NCBI RefSeq assembly: GCF_009914755.1 | Contig: NC_060928.1 | From: the human T2T-CHM13v2.0 reference genome, Homo sapiens | Strand: one strand, 5' to 3' | DNA: 64,000 bases | Part shown: piece after piece, positions 1 to 13,345 of the stretch | Layout: each line of letters opens with the position of its first letter | Numbering within the stretch: position 1 is the first letter of the stretch | Program-made: the position numbers and the translations under genes | The notes under the pieces: generated by a model | The model's database searches: none | The model's input: only the letters and a program-made list of their open reading frames with translations | Told to the model about the DNA's origin: nothing

Positions 1-1759
1 CATTTTCTGGTAAATTTTCATCTTCTGCAGGAAAATCGTGCTACTCCGTTTCACAGTTTTTTTATTATAATTTTGAATAGATGTTCTGCATATGACTTTC
101 ATAATCTTTGAATTTAAATTAGTGAAATTTTCCTGGACTACTAACAGGAGGTGAAAAGAAAGATTAGGATAGCATTATAAAATTCATCTCTCGAGGGCTC
201 CCTCTTCTGTTGCTATAGAAGACGACTCTTTTCTTAAACTCTGTGAACACCTACTCTGCCTCTCAGAACTGAACCTGGTTCCAAAGAGCTTCTACACACA
301 GTCCTGGGCTTCCTGATTTATTCACAGGCTGCAGGGACACAGATATTGCCTTCTAAGATGATGATACTGCTTTTAGAAGTTATTTTACTGGTGCTTTCTA
401 AGGTCTGCAATCTCTGATTGGGCAGCTTCTGTCCTTCTCTCTCTCCCTTCCCAATGTTTGGAGCCTATTCAGTCGCAGCCTTGTTTTTAGGGTACAGCCA
501 CCACTAAACTCCTTCCCCACTTCCAGTACTTTCCCATATTGTCTTGATTTCCTATGTGGGCTTGCTGTCCTCAGTTGCCTATTGCAGCATTCACATTTAA
601 TTTTGGAGTTTTGGAGTTTTCTTAGCTATTTGCTGAAAGTTCAGTTTCTATGAATTTATTTTCATTTTCTTGGTTGCTCTGGATAGATTTCAGGAGAAGA
701 AATGAAAACTTTCAAAACTAAGCAGACCTCATATTCTTTTAGAATGCTAATATAATTCATTTCTGTTCCATGTTTTCAAAAAATATGAAGAAATTCTAGG
801 GAAGTACTCTGATTATTGGCTTCAGATAATGAAGAAGAATGTTATAGTTGTCAGTAGCCCACTTAGAGTCAGTTATGTAGATGTTCCCATCTGCAATGAC
901 ACCAAGGCTATAACTATAGAAGGTAATATCCCAAAGCAGTTTTTATATAAAGTCATTTGCAGCATATAGTGTAGATTTTTTTCTTTAATTAAAATGAAAG
1001 CACCTCAGTGAGGTGCTTTCAACGTTTTATTCTGGTATACTAAAAAGAAGATTGTTAGTCAAAATGTTTCTCCTGAACCCAAGTAACTGGAACACTGTAC
1101 AGAAGTGTTTGAGAACATATTCCAATCTAGGTGGATTATGGGTGAGAGAATGCTATAATAATTCTCATTTTAGTTCTGGAGATTTTAATCTACGTTCAGT
1201 TTCTTTTTAAAAATTACTAACATTCTATTTTGCTAGTCAGTCACAAATAATTTTGTACCCAGAGCAAGTTCCAGCATTACCTGGGAACTACATCTCCATC
1301 TTTTTTATGCCTCACTCTCTCATGAGAACAAAATCAAGGTAAAAGCCACAGAGATATGCTGAGCAAAATGTTAAGACTATGAATAGTATCAGAATGCAGA
1401 TGTTATTTTACTATATACTGTACTAGTTATAACCAAGTGACTTAAAATAGGAAGTAAGAGGAAGAGCTGAGCGTGTGGCAGTCACTTTGATGTAGGGTTG
1501 GAATCCAGTATACCTTGATGGTGGTAACCCTAGTGAAACACCTCCTACTCTGGGATAGAACCCTGGGAAGCCTAGGCCAAAAGTGGGGAGAGGGACTAGA
1601 ATGATCTGGTTGGCTCAGAAATCCTCAAGCATTGATTCAGGACTACTGGCACCCTTTAGCACCCAATGGAAGGAAAAGAAGCGCCTCTCTATAGGAACAT
1701 TACATCATCCAGTGCTTCAAATTGTTTATATTAAATCAGTTTTTCCAATTAAATGAACT

Positions 1760-4700
1760 GCAAACAATCAAAATTAATGGATGCAGGAAGAGTAAGCATG
1801 AGACAGCCACCAGGAGAAACAATAGACAAAAGAAACAGACTTAATAACAAAGTCTAAAAACTACTATGCTTACTATGTTCATGAAAGAAAAAGTCAAGCA
1901 TATAAATTTTGTCCAGGAACTAGAAATCATAAAAAGTGACATTCAAGGTTTTAAAAAGAACCAGATAGGAATTATAAAACTAAAAAATGTAATAACTAAA
2001 AGTACAAAGACTACGGGTGAATTTTAGAGCAGGTTAGGGACACCTAAAGAGATAATGAGTGACTGGAAGATAAGTTAAAAGAAACCCTCAATAAATTTTA
2101 AAGGATTTAAATCATACAGAGTTCTAAAGTGACAATTTATATGTGTTCGAAATCAATAAGAAAAGGATAATCACATTATTTGCATATGTTTGGAAATAAG
2201 AAACCTACTTCTAGGCTGGGTGCCATGGTTCACACCTGTAATGCCAACACTTTGGGAGGCTGGCAGATGGCTTGGGTCCAGGAGTTGGAGACCAGCCCGA
2301 GCAACATGGAGAAACCTTGTCTCTATAAAAAACACACAAAAAACAAATTAGCTGAGCATGGTAGTCTGCACTTGTAGTCCCAGCTATTTGGGAGGCTGAG
2401 GTGGGAGAATCACCTGAGCCTGGGGAGGTTGACGCTGTCATGAGTAGTGATAGAGCCACTGCACTCTTGCCTGGGCAACAGAGTGAGACTCTATTTCAAA
2501 AAAAAAAAAAAGAAAAAAGAAAAAAAAAGAAACATACTTCTAAATCTATGCATCAAAAAAATGATAGGAAAATTAGATGATGTTTTAAATTCAATGGTAA
2601 TAATACATATCAAGACTTGTGTGATGCAGTTAAAACAATATTGATGGAGAAATCTGTAGCTTTTAATGTACATATTTGTAAAGAAGTTAGTAAAAGAACA
2701 GCAAAATAGAAAGTAGAAAGAAATAATAAAGAAAATAGAATAATTGAAATAGAAAAAAATACAATAAAAACTATGTACAAAATTCAGGTCCTCTGAAAAG
2801 CCTAATAAAATTGATAGAACACTGGTGAGACTGATTAACAAAAGAGAGAAGGCACTAATAATTGATGATGAAGATAGGGACACTGGGTCAGATCTTGCAC
2901 ACCTTAAAAACATGAGGTTGTTATGAACATATAAATGGTATAAAAATTTAGATGAAAAACAAAAAAATCTGTATCAGACATGATACATAATAGCGAAACA
3001 TGAAAAGCCTTTCTTTTGAAACTGGAAATGAGACATTTTTGCCTGCTAACACCTCTTTTATAATGTTGTTCTAGAGTCCTGAACCTGTAGTAGCACAAGA
3101 AAAAAGGGAATAAAAAATGAAGGAAAACTCAACGATTTGAAAATGGTATGATTGAATGCATTGAAACCCAAACACAAATACATTTATATTTTTATTGGAT
3201 AAGAAATTTTAGCAGGGTTGCTGGATATAAAAATTAGTTTGGAAAATTAGCTTATTTTATATATATTTAAGCAACAAAAAAGGAAAATGAAATATTAAAA
3301 AGATACTATTTACAATAGTGTCAGAAATATCAAATATATATAGAGATATAATAAAAGATCAGTGAAACTTCTGCATAGCAACAAATACAATTATATTAAG
3401 AAACATTACAGAAGACCTAAATGAATTGAAAATCATGATTGGAAGGCTCAATGTTGAAGAAGTCGCTCGTCTCTCAGGTTAATGTATGGATTTGATGCAA
3501 TATCATCCAAAATCCCAAAAGGCCTTTTTTGTTGTTGTTGTTGTTGTCTTATTGTTCATTTGGTTGGTTTTTCTTTTTTCTGGAACTTAAGCTGATTCTA
3601 AAATGTATAAGGAAATACAAAGGGTCAAGAATAACCAAGTCTGTGTTTTGACGAAAAAAAAATAAGGTAGAAGATCTATACTTCTAGGTTATCAAAATTT
3701 TTCTGAACGACTTTTATAATTAAGACTGTGGAATTGGCAAAGTACAATGGAAAGACTAGGCTTCAGAAACAGACCTACATACATACAACTTGATTTATGA
3801 CAAAGGTGACACTGTAAAAGAATGGAATATGGATAGATTTTCCAGTGAATGGTACTTGGTCAAATGGGTAGCATATACAAAATAAAATTGTACCTCAACC
3901 ACTGTGCACAAAAATCAATCATAATCTTAAATGAGAAAGGCAATACAATGAAGCTGTTAGAAGATAATGTAGAAAAATATCTTCATGATTTGGGGATAAG
4001 GAACTTACTTAAGTCACAAAAATCATCAGTCAGAAAAGAAAAGATAGATATATTTTTTCCTCATTAAAAGACTTTAAACAAAAGTTGCCACTGCAGAGTC
4101 AAAAGGCAAATTATGAAGTAGGCAAAGATGTGTGCAATATGTAAAATTGTGAAAAGGCTGTTATTCAGAAAACATGAATAACTACTACAAATCAACAGAA
4201 AAAGACACAATCCCAATAGAAAAATAGGCAAAAGACCTAACTAGGAACTTCCAAACGAGAAATCCAAAAGACCAATTAATATATAATCTCATTAGTAACT
4301 AAGAATGTTCAAATTAAAATCACAATTAGATACCATAAATACCTACTTGATCTTTTTTAGAAAGTACAATATCAAATGGTAGGCAAAGATACAGAACTCT
4401 CATATATTGCTTATGGAAGTGTAAAAGTTTGGAAATATCTAGTAAAGTTGAATCTACGCCTACCTTAAAACTCAGCAATTCTGTTTACATATGTAAGCAA
4501 GGAGCTGGAAGTTCTCACTCCAACTTAACAACATATATATCTTACTGACCTGCAGTCACGTATGTATCAGGATACATGTACAAGAATAAGAATGTTCATG
4601 GCAACATTCTTTTAATAGCCCTAAACAGGAAACAATCCATATGTCTATCAACAATAGAATGGATATATTGTAGTTTATTCATACCATAATGAAGAGAAAG

Positions 4701-4880
4701 AATTAAACTACATAAAAGTAGACCTTTGAAAAACAGAGTAAATGAACCCAAAGAAAACAGAATATAAAGTATATGAGTCCACTTATATAAAGTTCAAAAA
4801 CAGCAAAACTGAAAAAAAAAGTTGAAGAACTATGTGGCAAAACTGTAATGAAAAACGAGGTAACAAATACCATAAAAGTC
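1760..4880 (+). mobile_element. Old degraded LINE-1 (L1M-type) fragment, interrupted by an Alu
   Basis: A-rich + strand; ORF2-like remnants, e.g. ORF 3849-4067 KGNTMKLLEDNVEKYLHDLG; L1 3' region-like text near 4550-4800; boundaries approximate. Confidence 0.75.
2214..2526 (+). mobile_element. Alu (AluJ-like) inserted in the L1, with target-site duplication
   Basis: GGCTGGGTGCC...TGTAAT...CAGCCCGAGCAAC...poly(A); flanked by AAGAAACCTACTTCTA / AAGAAACATACTTCTA. Confidence 0.9.
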
Positions 4881-4960
4881 AAGATAGCTACTCCTGCTAG
4901 CTGGGAGATGGGATTTATGATGAAGAAGTGGCAGGTGATGGCTTTCTGGCATGTTGTCAA

Positions 4961-5474
4961 TCAGGGCCATCTACATAATTTGTGGTGTCCAGAACAAACA
5001 TCTTTTTTCTCTCCCTCCCTCTCTTTCTCCTCACATGGTGTTTTCTTATTTGCTATTTAATGTGGCACTCCCTTGGGCACAGGTGGAAAACTGACCCAAA
5101 GGAGCTAGGGGCCTGACTCCTGGTTCAGAGGAAATGGGGAGGATCCTGCACCTCAGCCAGACACTTCCTGCACCGTACCTCCTGCTCAGCCTCTGCCAGA
5201 GCAGAGGGTGGGGTGGGGTGGAGTGGAGAGAGTGAGCAGCCAGAACTCATTCTGGGGAGGAAGGGAGGTGGCAGGAGGCCCATGTTGCCTGAATCAATGC
5301 ATTGTCCCATTGATACTTCACTGATAAAACACAAATTCAAAGATAAAATTATTGAGAATTACATGATGGTGATTGCAGGGCATTAAATGTCAAGCAGGAA
5401 GGAGGAGGAGAGTGGAGCATGTTGGCTTCTGAGCTTGGGGTCCTGTGCCACTGCAAGTCCCTGAAGCTGGCCCT
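4961..5474. mobile_element. Probable hAT-type DNA transposon relic (MER45-like)
   Basis: Begins CAGGGCCATCT and ends GAAGCTGGCCCT, which resemble terminal inverted repeats; family assignment from memory. Confidence 0.45.
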
Positions 5475-5539
5475 TTCAGCAATGTTCTCTTTCCTGACCT
5501 GGGTAGCAGTTATACGGATGTGCATTTTACCATAACTGC

Positions 5540-5900
5540 TTGTCTCCGTTCATTTGTGCCGCCATAACAAAATAGTTGAGACTCAGTAATTTATAAAAAC
5601 CAGAAATTTATTTTCTCAAGGTTCTGGAGGCTGAGAAGTTCAAGATCAAGATTTGATCTTGGTGTCTGGTGGAGGCTGCTCTGTGCTTCCAAGATGGTGC
5701 CTCTTGCTGCATCCTCACATGGTGGAAGAGATGGAAGGGGTAAACTCGCCCCCTCTATCCCTTTCATAAGGCGCTAATCACATTCATGAGGGCGGCCTCA
5801 CCACCTCCTAAAAGCCCCACCTCTTAGTACTGTTGCATTGGGGATTGAGTTTCACAATGAATTTGGGAGGGGACACACACAAACACTGAAACCACAGCAC
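5540..5900. mobile_element. MaLR solo LTR (MLT1A/MST-like)
   Basis: Typical text TAATTTATAAAAACCAGAAATTTATTTTCTC...TTCTGGAGGCTGAGAAGTTCAAGATCAAG...AAACCACAGCA. Confidence 0.75.
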
Positions 5901-7363
5901 TGCTTAAACTGGACATTTATGCTTTATACAATTTTCTGTATGATGGCTGAGTTTAAAACTAGATAAAGGAAAGGTGGTGTAAAACGGAATGAACTTTTGC
6001 TGTAAAATATAGAATTATTCACATATAGAGATGTATATACTAGTAAATGCATACTTTTTTCTAGAAGGAAACAATAATCTGTTAACACTGGTTGCTTCAA
6101 GGGACAGGGATTTGAGGAGATGAGGTAAAACAGGCTTTTGTTTTTCATATGAACCTTTTTGTATTATTTGAATTTTCTACTGTGGTCATGTTGGGATTAT
6201 TGGCCAATTTATATGTTTTTGTAAATTAAATAAAATTATTTAGTTGCTTATTTTAAAGTAAAGCCAGAAAAATGCAATCATGTTAAAAGCCTATAGGGAA
6301 GACAGGCACGGATACATACTTTTTTAAGAATCATATTTTGAACCATTTTAGAAAGCAAAGAGCATTTTTGTTGATATGAACAACCCCCCTATAATTAAGG
6401 TTTCATAGATCTATATTTTTTACCTAGTCTACTCTGAGGTAGATTTACTGTGAAGCTAAAGGATTCAAACTTCAGAGTCCCTCACTTGGATAGACCCTTA
6501 TGAAGTCCTGTACCTAATTTTAATTTTGCATTCATAATTTTACATACTTCTTTAAAAAGACCTTTCAGATTATATAATCTTGAAGCCCCCCTAAAACCTG
6601 ATTCCAACCTTGACTGTGAGTTACACTCAAATCAAAGAGTTCTTATACCTGCCCTAAATATGAAGATTTGTAGAAATAAGTAACAAAACATGGTTGTAAA
6701 AATGTATCTAAACAAATAGATTCACTCAAGATACACTTTAAATCTGGCAGTGAGAATTAACATGTCCCCTACTCCAGCAATCTTTTCAACTTGCCAGAAA
6801 TGAATCATTTCCTCCTATGTGCTATGCCTGTACTTTCTCTCTATTGTTATTGAGGTTTGTATTATGTGCTTGTTAAGCTACCTGTCTGCCCTACTAGACA
6901 AGAAGCTCCCAAATAGCTAGGACCCTCTCAATTATTTTTGTGCCTCCAGGGCCTAGAAAAAGATTCTAGCATGCAACAAGTGACTGTTTAATAGGATCTT
7001 TTTACAACCATTGTATTGTGTGTAAAGGAGCCATAGCTACAGTTCTTTACTTGAGTAAGCTTCATATGAAACTGATAACTATACATATACATACATGCAC
7101 AGCTTAAGGAGATTCACAAAGTACTTATCAGTAAGCATCTTTCTTTTTCCTACTGAATTTACATGATTTGGTCACATTTTGCAGAAGATATAAGCTTTTT
7201 TAAGCACAAGAACCAAACAATATGAATTTCATGAACTATTTTAAAAACACATAAATGTACAAAGAAAAATATGAAAATTCAACATCCCACTGTCATGTTT
7301 CAGATATTTTTAATAAATAAAAACTTTAAAATTCAGAAGAAACCATCTTTAAGCCATTCCCAG

Positions 7364-8366
<1,003 letters not shown>

Positions 8367-8389
8367 TAAACATATATAAAAATTTTTAA

Positions 8390-8710
8390 TGTGCACTTCA
8401 ATATTCTTTTTGAAAATTTCTTGTAGTAAGTCCAGAAATAAAAAAAAAGTCCAGCTGATATATACTTACAGCACATCTCAATTCATATGCTAAAGTTAGA
8501 GTTCATAAAATTTAAGTTGGAAAAACAGATTCATATATCTGAGTTGTTGCAAACACACTTAAAAGTATTCCAACAATTGAATCGAGCATCAGGTTTTTGT
8601 TTTTTGTTTAATTCAAATTCAATTAACGATTCAGTTTTTCCGTCTCAACCACATTTCAAGTGCTGAGTAGCCACATATGGCTAGAGGACAGCCTACTGGA
8701 CAGCACAGCT
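8390..8710. mobile_element. hAT-Charlie MITE (MER33/MER3-like)
   Basis: TACTTACAGCACATCTCAATTC...CACATTTCAAGTGCTGAGTAGCCACATATGGCTAG...GGACAGCACAG terminus. Confidence 0.65.
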
Positions 8711-8879
8711 TAAGGAGGTACACAATGTACTTATCAGTCATCATCTTTCTTTTTCCTACTGAATTTACGTAATATTTAAATTGTTTTTCTTTGTCATATC
8801 CTAGAACTCAAACGCACAGATACAATGGATACCTTTGATTTTCTGCGTCGATGGCATTTTGCATTTAAAAAGATCATCT

Positions 8880-9030
8880 GGGTGGGGTGGCGCGCGTCTG
8901 TAATCCCAGCTACTCGGGAGGCTGAGGCAGGAGAATCGCTTGAACTCGAGAGGCGGAGGTTGCAGGATCGCGCCACTGCACTGCACTCCATCCTGGGCGA
9001 CAGAGCAAACTGTCTCAAAAGAAAAAAAAA
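8880..9030 (+). mobile_element. Alu monomer (right arm / FRAM-like)
   Basis: GGTGGCGCGCGTCTGTAATCCCAGCTACTCGGGAGGCTGAGGCAGGAGAATCGCTTGAAC...poly(A). Confidence 0.9.
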
Positions 9031-10144
9031 TCATTTATCACTAAATTTACTCACCAAAAGAACTTGCAAAAAAAAAAACCCAAAACCCTACTGCCTAAAA
9101 TATATTTTAAAACGTATTTGTGTTTAAGCAGCATATATCTTTTGATAAATAATGACGCATGGTAGCTAACTAGTAAAGATGCAGCTTTCATATTAGCCAC
9201 GCCCATCCCTCTCTCCGCCCTCCACAAGCACGTCCCCGCAAGCGCGCAGGAACATACACGCGTACGCGCGCACACACACGTACACACGCGCGCGCCCGCG
9301 AACACATACATACAAGCAGGCGCGCCCAAACGCCGGCAGCACACAGGCGCGCACGCGCTTTTCAGGACTCAGGAAATGCGCTTTCTGCTCCCCGCGCCCG
9401 GTAGAGCTAATGCAGGGAAGTTTCTGGGAACATTCGACCAGCGTTTGTATTGGTGAGGTTCCAAGTTTCCTTTAAAATGATATGACTCCGCCCTTCTCCA
9501 AAACCGTTTGAGGAGAAATGGAAAAGGTTGGGCGTGGAGGTGAAAAGGAGCCCTGTTGTCAACTGGTCCGTACTCCACCTCAGGAGGCGGCCAACTTGGT
9601 GCGCCCAAGAATAAAAACATTTCCCTTGTAAGAACATGCAAGTGTTTAGAAACGCCCCCCCACCCCCCCGCAAGGCGTTTGTGAGGGGGACCTGTCACAG
9701 TTGAGAAGTCAGGATGGGCGTTTTCCTCCCAGGAGGTGCCCTATTAATTTGCGGCCTCGATAGTTGGTCAAGCCGGGATGTTAGCTGCGGAACCTCCAGG
9801 ACCGAAGAGCGCCAATTCTCCTGAGTTCTCCTTGGTTTGGGTTTCCCACAAAAGAGTGGTCACACCAAAAACTCTGTCTCCACAAATGCGAAACGGGCTC
9901 GAAACTTTTTTTTCCCCACACGATCACTTCCCACACCACTCCCATCCCTTTATGTTTCGCCTCAGGAGTCGAGGAACTTCTCTGAAAACCAATTCTACGA
10001 TATTCCAGCAGCTAAACACAGCCCGAATTCCCTAGAAACAGAGAGAGCGAGAGAAAACACTGTAAACCCCAATCACACGCTCCTGTTTTCCCGGTACTGA
10101 AAAAAAAAAAAAAAAAAAAAAAAGTGGGTCCGTGGCCGCGCTAT

Positions 10145-10240
10145 GCATGCTAGGATTAGTAGTTCCTCCGTCCCTCATGGCGCGGGGTCAGGGCGGAGCT
10201 CAGGTTGACTCTGCAGCAGAGAACTACAATTCCCATGGGG
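10145..10240. promoter_or_regulatory. Two oppositely oriented ZNF143/THAP11 (SBS) motifs
   Basis: + strand GAACTACAATTCCCATGGGG (10221-10240); - strand GAACTACTAATCCTAGCATGC (10145-10165). Confidence 0.7.
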
Positions 10241-10584
10241 CCGCGCGGCAGAAAGAAAGGGGCGGGACGGGAGGGGGCGCGTCGCGCTTGCGCAGGTCCC
10301 GGGGCCGGAGGGAGGCGGAGGCGTAGCGGTCCAACTGCTGAAGTCCCCATGTGACAGTGAGCGGGGTCCCCGCTCCAGGAGACGCTCGAGTCTGCGTCCC
10401 GGCCCTCAGCACTGTCCACTGTTTCGGTGCCAGCAGAGACCAGCAGGCCCGGGACAGTTGGTGTTTGGCCGTGCCGCTGTCTAACTTGGTGTGCAGAGTG
10501 AATTGCCGCTGCCGGAGCGGAGAGAGGCGGAGCGGCCAGGAGAGAGGGGATTTCTGTCAGCGCCGGCCTCGGGAGCTCGGAGAC

Positions 10585-10899
10585 ATGAACGGCTTCACGC
10601 CTGACGAGATGAGCCGCGGCGGGGATGCGGCCGCCGCAGTGGCCGCAGTGGTCGCTGCCGCGGCCGCCGCCGCCTCGGCGGGGAACGGGACCGGCGCGGG
10701 CACCGGGGCTGAGGTGCCGGGCGCGGGGGCGGTCTCAGCGGCTGGGCCCCCGGGGGCGGCCGGGCCGGGCCCCGGGCAACTGTGCTGCCTGCGGGAGGAT
10801 GGTGAGCGGTGCGGCCGGGCGGCAGGCAACGCCAGCTTCAGCAAGAGGATCCAGAAGAGCATCTCCCAGAAGAAGGTGAAGATCGAGCTGGATAAGAGC
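10585..10899 (+). CDS. SAP30: SAP30 (Sin3A-associated protein 30, HDAC complex subunit), coding exon 1
   Basis: ATG at 10585 gives MNGFTPDEMSRGGDAAAAVAAVVAAAAAAASAG...LCCLREDGERCGRAAGNASFSKRIQKSISQKKVKIELDKS; donor GTAAGT at 10900. join(10585-10899,12796-12921,13346-13444,16616-16738) = 663 nt = 220 aa plus stop, matching known SAP30. Confidence 0.98.
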
Positions 10900-12162
10900 G
10901 TAAGTAAACCGCGGGACCGCCCTGCCCTCCCGCCCCTCGGTGGGGCCCCAGGAGCCGGGCAAAGGCACGGGTTGTCGGCGGGGTCCCCCAGACAACCGCA
11001 CTGGCTGCAGTGCGGTCTCGTGGAGTCTGTGTTTGGAAGCAAATAACAAAGTCGCTGCAACTCCTACCGCCACCCCAACACACACACCACACACAGGCTG
11101 TCGTTCCCCTCTTCTTTCCCACCCTGGCCCCCAACCTCCCGCTGCCTGCGTCTCTCCCGCGCAGTCTTCCCTCTTCCTTCTCCTCTGCGACCGGGACACG
11201 AAACAAAGGGGACCGGCGCACTGAGGGCCCAGAGTAGTTTTCTTGCAGCCCGGCAGCTCTTCTGGAATGGAGGCGCCTTTGTTTTGCTGCCCAAGCTGGT
11301 GTTTGGCCCCAGGCGGTACTAAATCCCGTCGTCTAGGAGAAAGCGGAGGACCTTCACGAACAAGGAAGATCCTGTTCTTTTCTGTGTTCCGTCTCCTCCG
11401 GAGCGGAGTGAGAGGGAAGCCGAGCTCACCCGCCGCCTGGCAGTGAGCCGGGGTTGTAAACGGCGTTTGCGCTGTCAGCTCCGAGGGCAGCTACTCCGAT
11501 GGTGGGGAGCACGTAGCCTCTGCGGTTTTGCCATCCCCTTGGCAGCCATCAGGATTTTTTGCACGTCTTTTCGTTTGACCATCTATGAGGTTTTTAGAAA
11601 CAGCCGTTGCTACTTTTGGGAGATCTGGCTAGCGGTAAATGAATAACATGGTATCGAGAACCTACCACAAGTCCTGCATATTTTTATCTTGCGCTTGGCT
11701 TAGAAGTAAATGTAAAAGCCTGTTAGCTCAGTCCGTGTTTGTTTCAAATGCTAGTCTACAGCTCGCAGGAGTATATGTAATTAAAGTTTTTGAAAAGTTT
11801 ATTTGTGACACTTTTTGCCCGTTTAAACAGTTTTCAGTGTTATCCATGAGAAACTCTTCAGGTGAACTTGCATAATTTCAGATTGTTTTGGAAAAATGTG
11901 TTATAGATAAATACATTGATTTAATATTCAGAAAAATGTATAACTGAAATTTAAATATAGTTTTGAAGTCGATAGCTCATTTGTGAAAACGAATGGTTTT
12001 GTATCTGGACTATAATTTGGGTATTCAGTTAGAAAGACTGGAAAGCATACATTATATTACTAAAATATGCTGTTCTTTTAAGTAGAGAAAGTACTGTCAA
12101 GTAGCAAAACTGTGAGCAACATCATCTTTCCCCTCATCAGTTAAAAATTCAACATGAACTAA

Positions 12163-12502
<340 letters not shown>

Positions 12503-12795
12503 TGATGACAAAACCCAGAGGGTTGGAATTTCTCATTCTCCTCTCCCTCCCTCCCTTACCCCCTTCCCCAGATGGAACCAACCCCTCCTTCCCCATCCAC
12601 CATCCTTTTAACAGTATTCCAGACATCTTATGTTTTAGCGTATAGGATTTAAACGTATAAATATTCCATTATCTTAACAATGGCCCATCTTGGCTGTCTT
12701 TATTTTTAAGAACTCACTGTGGCATATGTGTTTTACTAATACATAGACACATTTTACTGTAATCATAAGCAGTGTGTAAAACTTTTCTGTTTCAG

Positions 12796-12921
12796 GCAAG
12801 GCATCTTTACATATGTGATTATCATAAAAACTTAATTCAGAGTGTTCGAAACAGAAGAAAGAGAAAAGGGAGTGATGATGATGGAGGTGATTCACCTGTT
12901 CAAGATATTGATACCCCAGAG
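12796..12921 (+). CDS. SAP30: SAP30 coding exon 2 (end of zinc finger, basic NLS region)
   Basis: Acceptor TTTCAG|GCA; ARHLYICDYHKNLIQSVRNRRKRKGSDDDGGDSPVQDIDTPE; donor GTAGAT; phase 0. Confidence 0.97.
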
Positions 12922-13345
12922 GTAGATGGAAGTTTTTTATGCTTAATGTAAATCCTAAGTAGTGCATTCTGAAGCCTTTATAAAAAGATATGAACAATCT
13001 TTTAAGTGTTTAAAACATTTGAGAAATCTGAAAATGAAAGCAAAATTAAATATAGCCAGTTGACATGCATTTACACAGTTTGAATTGTTACATTTTAGAT
13101 TGACAATTTTTGCAGCTCTGTTGTCACATAACTTACTCTTTTTTTGACCTCAGTTTATATTATTTATCCCCAAAAGATTAAATTCTTTAATAATTTATGT
13201 TGGATTATATAAATTTTTTAAATTTTTTTTGATTTTGGAAGTAAATTTTTATTGTGCTGAAGTTAAAATGTTTGTTATTATACATATCAATGATAAATTT
13301 TCAACAAATTGTATGAACTCATTTATACATGTTAATTTTTTCTAG

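Larger units (their letters stand above)
9190..11570. promoter_or_regulatory. CpG island / SAP30 promoter (likely bidirectional)
   Basis: Sharp rise in GC and CpG around SAP30 exon 1; GC boxes GGGCGG at ~10191 and ~10260; two ZNF143/THAP11-type ACTACA..TCCCA motifs. Confidence 0.9.

Noticed and set aside
2491-2913. 140-aa hydrophobic ORF suggesting a membrane protein
   Set aside because: Antisense translation of A-rich L1 and Alu tail gives F/L/I/S-rich artefacts
10351-11046. 231-aa ORF as a single-exon gene
   Set aside because: It is the SAP30 leader plus exon 1 reading through the GTAAGT donor at 10900 into intron 1; the spliced 220-aa product explains it
10156-11294. Several long antisense and alternative-frame ORFs over the CpG island (e.g. 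10557-11060, 10735-11199)
   Set aside because: Expected from stop-codon scarcity in GC-rich DNA; low-complexity P/A/G/R products with no recognisable domain
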